Assembly: GCA_964057225.1 (NCBI GenBank)
Contig: OZ059895.1
Location: forward strand, 14,198,001-14,262,000
Reading direction: 5' to 3'
Length of the DNA stretch: 64,000 nucleotides
Origin: Auanema rhodensis
Taxonomy: Eukaryota > Animalia > Nematoda
The notes beneath the pieces are model-generated. The model was not told the origin of the DNA, did no database searches, and saw only the letters and a list, made by a program, of their open reading frames with translations. Position numbers and translations under genes: made by a program. Positions 59,185-64,000 of the stretch are shown piece by piece. Numbering within the stretch: position 1 is the stretch's first letter; each line of letters opens with the position of its first letter.

Positions 59185-61781
59185 ATGATGAATTATGAAG
59201 CTTTTCGTCTTTTTAGGTAAAAACTGCTTCGATTGGTTCATTTAATTCACATTTCTTGCTTTAGCTTGCTTCTTCTCGTCACATCAATATACTGCCATTC
59301 GTCTGAAGGGTTTTCCGTCTCATCAACATCATCAGAATCTACTCAAGACAACGATGGTGATGGCATAGCAACGTCATTATCGAATACTGTCTCACCGCGT
59401 TCCACTAAAGATAAACGATGTTCAAGAAACAGTATCAATCTAGGAAAACTTATCGATACTTTACTAACTGATTATGATGTTCATCTGTTGCCTGAGGCTG
59501 AGGGTGTTAATGTAACTATTGAGTTGCATGTACAGGTTCATATACTCTTCATTTCTGAATCATAGGCATAACAAATCATTTTCTAGGGTGTATCTGGCAT
59601 ATCAGAGATCACAGGAGATTTTTCATTAGATGTCATGTATAGTGAAATCTGGCAAGATCCAAGATTATCTTTTAAACATCTGAACGTTTGTGCCACTAAT
59701 ATAACACTAAAGGTTTTTTTTGAATTAGTAAAGTTACATTTCATTCATCTTCTCAATGATTTCAGTCTGATTTTCGAAAAAAAATCTGGACACCTGATAC
59801 TTGCATTATAAATTCAAAATCGTCGTCCATTCATAGTTCTCCGTCTGAAAATACATTCGTTATTCTCTATGAGAATGGTCTTGTATGGAGTAACTTTAGG
59901 TATTTTCCATTGAAAACACCATCGTCGTCTTACTGATATATCTTTTCAGATTGAATGTCAAAACACCATGTTCCGTCAATTTGAAAGTAATTCTCCAGAG
60001 AATTTTAAATTTTTAAATTAAATTTATATCGTTATAGATGTTCCCATTCGATTCGTTATCATGTGAAATTGTTTTGGAAAGTTATTCCTTCAATACTGAT
60101 GAAGTACGACTGTTATGGCACGATGTTCCAATAACAATGATGGAGAAAGTAAGTTATACTATTATATAGTTGAAGTAGCTTATGCTTTATCATTAGGTTG
60201 AATTACCTGACTTTGATCTAATCGGTTGGTCTACTGATCATCAGAGATTAGAATATCCAAATGGAATTTGGGATCGAGCTAAGGTTGGTGAAAAGTATAA
60301 TATCTCATCATCTACATCTTCATAACATATGTTATCAATGAAATGAAATTGAATTTCTATTCTTCCAGGTGAAATTCACATTTGCTCGACGTTATGGGTT
60401 TTACCTTTTCCAATCGTATTTCCCAACATCACTTACTGTTATTAGTTCTTGGGTTGGATTCTTCTTTGATGTACGATCTGTATCTGCTAGGTAAGCTTCA
60501 AGCAAGCATGTTTTCTCATATACAGACACCCACAATTCAAGTTCTACTAGAATAGGCTTATGAGATGAAATTGAATTTTCAGAATCACCTTGGGTGTATC
60601 GTCTTTACTTGCGTTAACATTCCAATTTGGAAATGTATTACGACATCTACCACGTGTAAGCTATATAAAGGTAAATTTATTGAAAATATGACGAAAATGA
60701 AATCAAATTGTTCGTAGTGCCTTGATGTTTGGATGATATTCTCTGTCATTTTCATATTTTGCACCTTGGTTGAGTTGGCAATAGTATGTCAATTGAATAG
60801 GTTAGTATTAAGTTTTGCAAAAAAAATTAAATTAAAGCTTGTATTCAGATGGGAACGTGAACGACAAATAGGTTCTAAAGTACTAGGACATTGGCTAAAT
60901 CAAATCAGGTTAGTTCTTCTTCTTCGTCTATGCTTGTCTTCAGGTTTTTTCTTTCTAATTAATGTGCTTCATTAGCCTTTTGAACAACTGTTTTAATCTT
61001 GTTGTTATTTCTATTAAACTTTACTAAGAAAACAGAAAATCTGTGAATTTAATTAATTGCCCAAATTTCTTTTATAAATTAATTTTATAGTTGGTATAAG
61101 AGCAATATATCTGTTGTGTTTAGAAAGACGAGAAAAAATGAGGCTAAGTCGAACGGACAATCTGAAAACCAGCCGACTAAGAAAGCTTTTAACTGGGGTA
61201 CCGTAGGATCTTCTTCTGCAGGAAATGGCGGTGTTCTTGCTACCGATTCTAATGCAGGAAGTACAATCGTACATCGTGAGAAATCTAGCGAGGTAATATT
61301 CTCCGGAATAATACGTTTTCTATTATTTCTAAAGGTGGATGGCAGTCCATTTATAATGCAATCATCTGCGGATCATGATTACACATATGAAACAGTAAAG
61401 AAGAAGAGCCGTTGGCGAAATTGCATTCAACGCGTTGTATATGCTCTTTGTCCACCAGATCGAGATTGGACTGTTACTTCCGTACAGGTATGTCAACTCG
61501 ATAAGTATACGTCGAAATTAGCATATCTTCAAATAGAGGTGTCAATCAATATATAATTATAATTCGATAACGCATGTTGATCGGTTGCATTCAATTAATT
61601 CCAATTTCATTTTTTAATTCTTTTTCAATTCCAGGTAGACCGGTGCTCAATGATTATGTTCCCTCTGTCATTCTTAGTTTTTAACATAGTGTAAGTTTTT
61701 ATTAATTAATATTAAATCTAATATTGATTATTTTATAGATACTGGTCTATATATTTTATGAAAATGGATCGACCAATGTAA
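59185..61781 (+). CDS. lgc-50: Cys-loop ligand-gated ion channel, MOD-1 paralog (LGC-50-like)
   Basis: Signal peptide; Cys loop [15 protein letters not shown]; MOD-1-like [30 protein letters not shown]; pre-M2 motif SAR instead of PAR, as recalled for LGC-50; stop 61779-61781. Confidence 0.8.
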
Positions 61782-62549
61782 TTGGTTTATTTGAAAGCTT
61801 TAACGATTTATCGCCATTTTGCCTTGTATATACCTGTGCCATGAAGATACCAGATGACATGAGATAACTCAACTTGTTTTCATTTTCGAAACGTTTCCAG
61901 AAAGATTTTGCCTGTTCTTTTACTAATCATACTTTTTTCCATTTGCACCTCATTATTTCTGGAAACAGGTTAGAACATCATCATCTTCAAAGTATTCCCC
62001 TGCAAAGTTTGTGTACGATACTCCGAAATGCTAGAAATTTCTATTTTCCAATAATGAGATAAGCTTCATGTCCTTTTATATTATATTTACATTTTACTTA
62101 ACTGCCGTAAGAGAAAGCAGTGAAAAAATAAATCGATTATATTCGGAAAAAAAAGAATTATATTTTAAAATATGACAAAATAAATTCATTTCAGCGTTCT
62201 CACAACAACAATTGAATATGATACAAATAATGTAACCATAAAGTCAGTAAAGAAAAGTTAAAACATCATGACACACATTTTCAACACTCGGTAGAACATC
62301 TAATTAGGGATAATAATTAATCTTGATTAAACTAAAGATATGAAAGAGAGGTGGTCGTTGCAGTTGTGTACATATATAGAATTTAAATATCAATGTAATT
62401 TTATATGATATTGTTTTTTACATACTTTTATGGTAAATAATGTTAAAAAAACTGAACAGAGTGTTTGTGGATAACTATAAGTTGTATATACCACATAAAA
62501 CATGGGTGGGTGATAATAGCCAACTGTGAAATAAAAGCAAAAAAAAAAT

Positions 62550-64000
<1,451 letters not shown>

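Overview
AT-rich eukaryotic genomic DNA from a rhabditid (clade V-like) nematode. Most introns are ~45-55 nt GT-AG, with TTTCAG-type acceptors just upstream of several start codons (probable SL trans-splice sites). Gene models were spliced by hand. In order: AEX-2-family GPCR (-) with two intronic C/D snoRNAs, transthyretin-like gene (-), 83-aa orphan gene (-), non-slicing WAGO Argonaute (-), hecw-1 (+), decayed intronless ORF (-), 11-unit polyubiquitin ubq-1 (+), 106-aa secreted orphan (+), CDK5RAP1 (-), nono-1 (+), dlc-1 (+), ASCC2 (-) and rha-2/DHX37 (-) as a probable operon, ~13 kb non-coding region, lgc-50 (+) and the 3' part of cul-2 (-). As recalled, most recognisable orthologs lie on C. 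elegans chromosome III. Best leads: (1) a dense TGGACT cluster plus a 13-bp stem in nono-1 introns, a candidate splicing-regulatory system; (2) duplicated U36/snR47-type snoRNAs with a shared upstream motif inside a GPCR intron; (3) a structured ~200-nt RNA candidate in an oversized ASCC2 intron; (4) an apparent UG 3' splice site in rha-2; (5) a polyubiquitin with a 5-unit intron period and no C-terminal cap; (6) two small spliced genes missed by the ORF track. No searches were run; ortholog names rest on recalled motifs.
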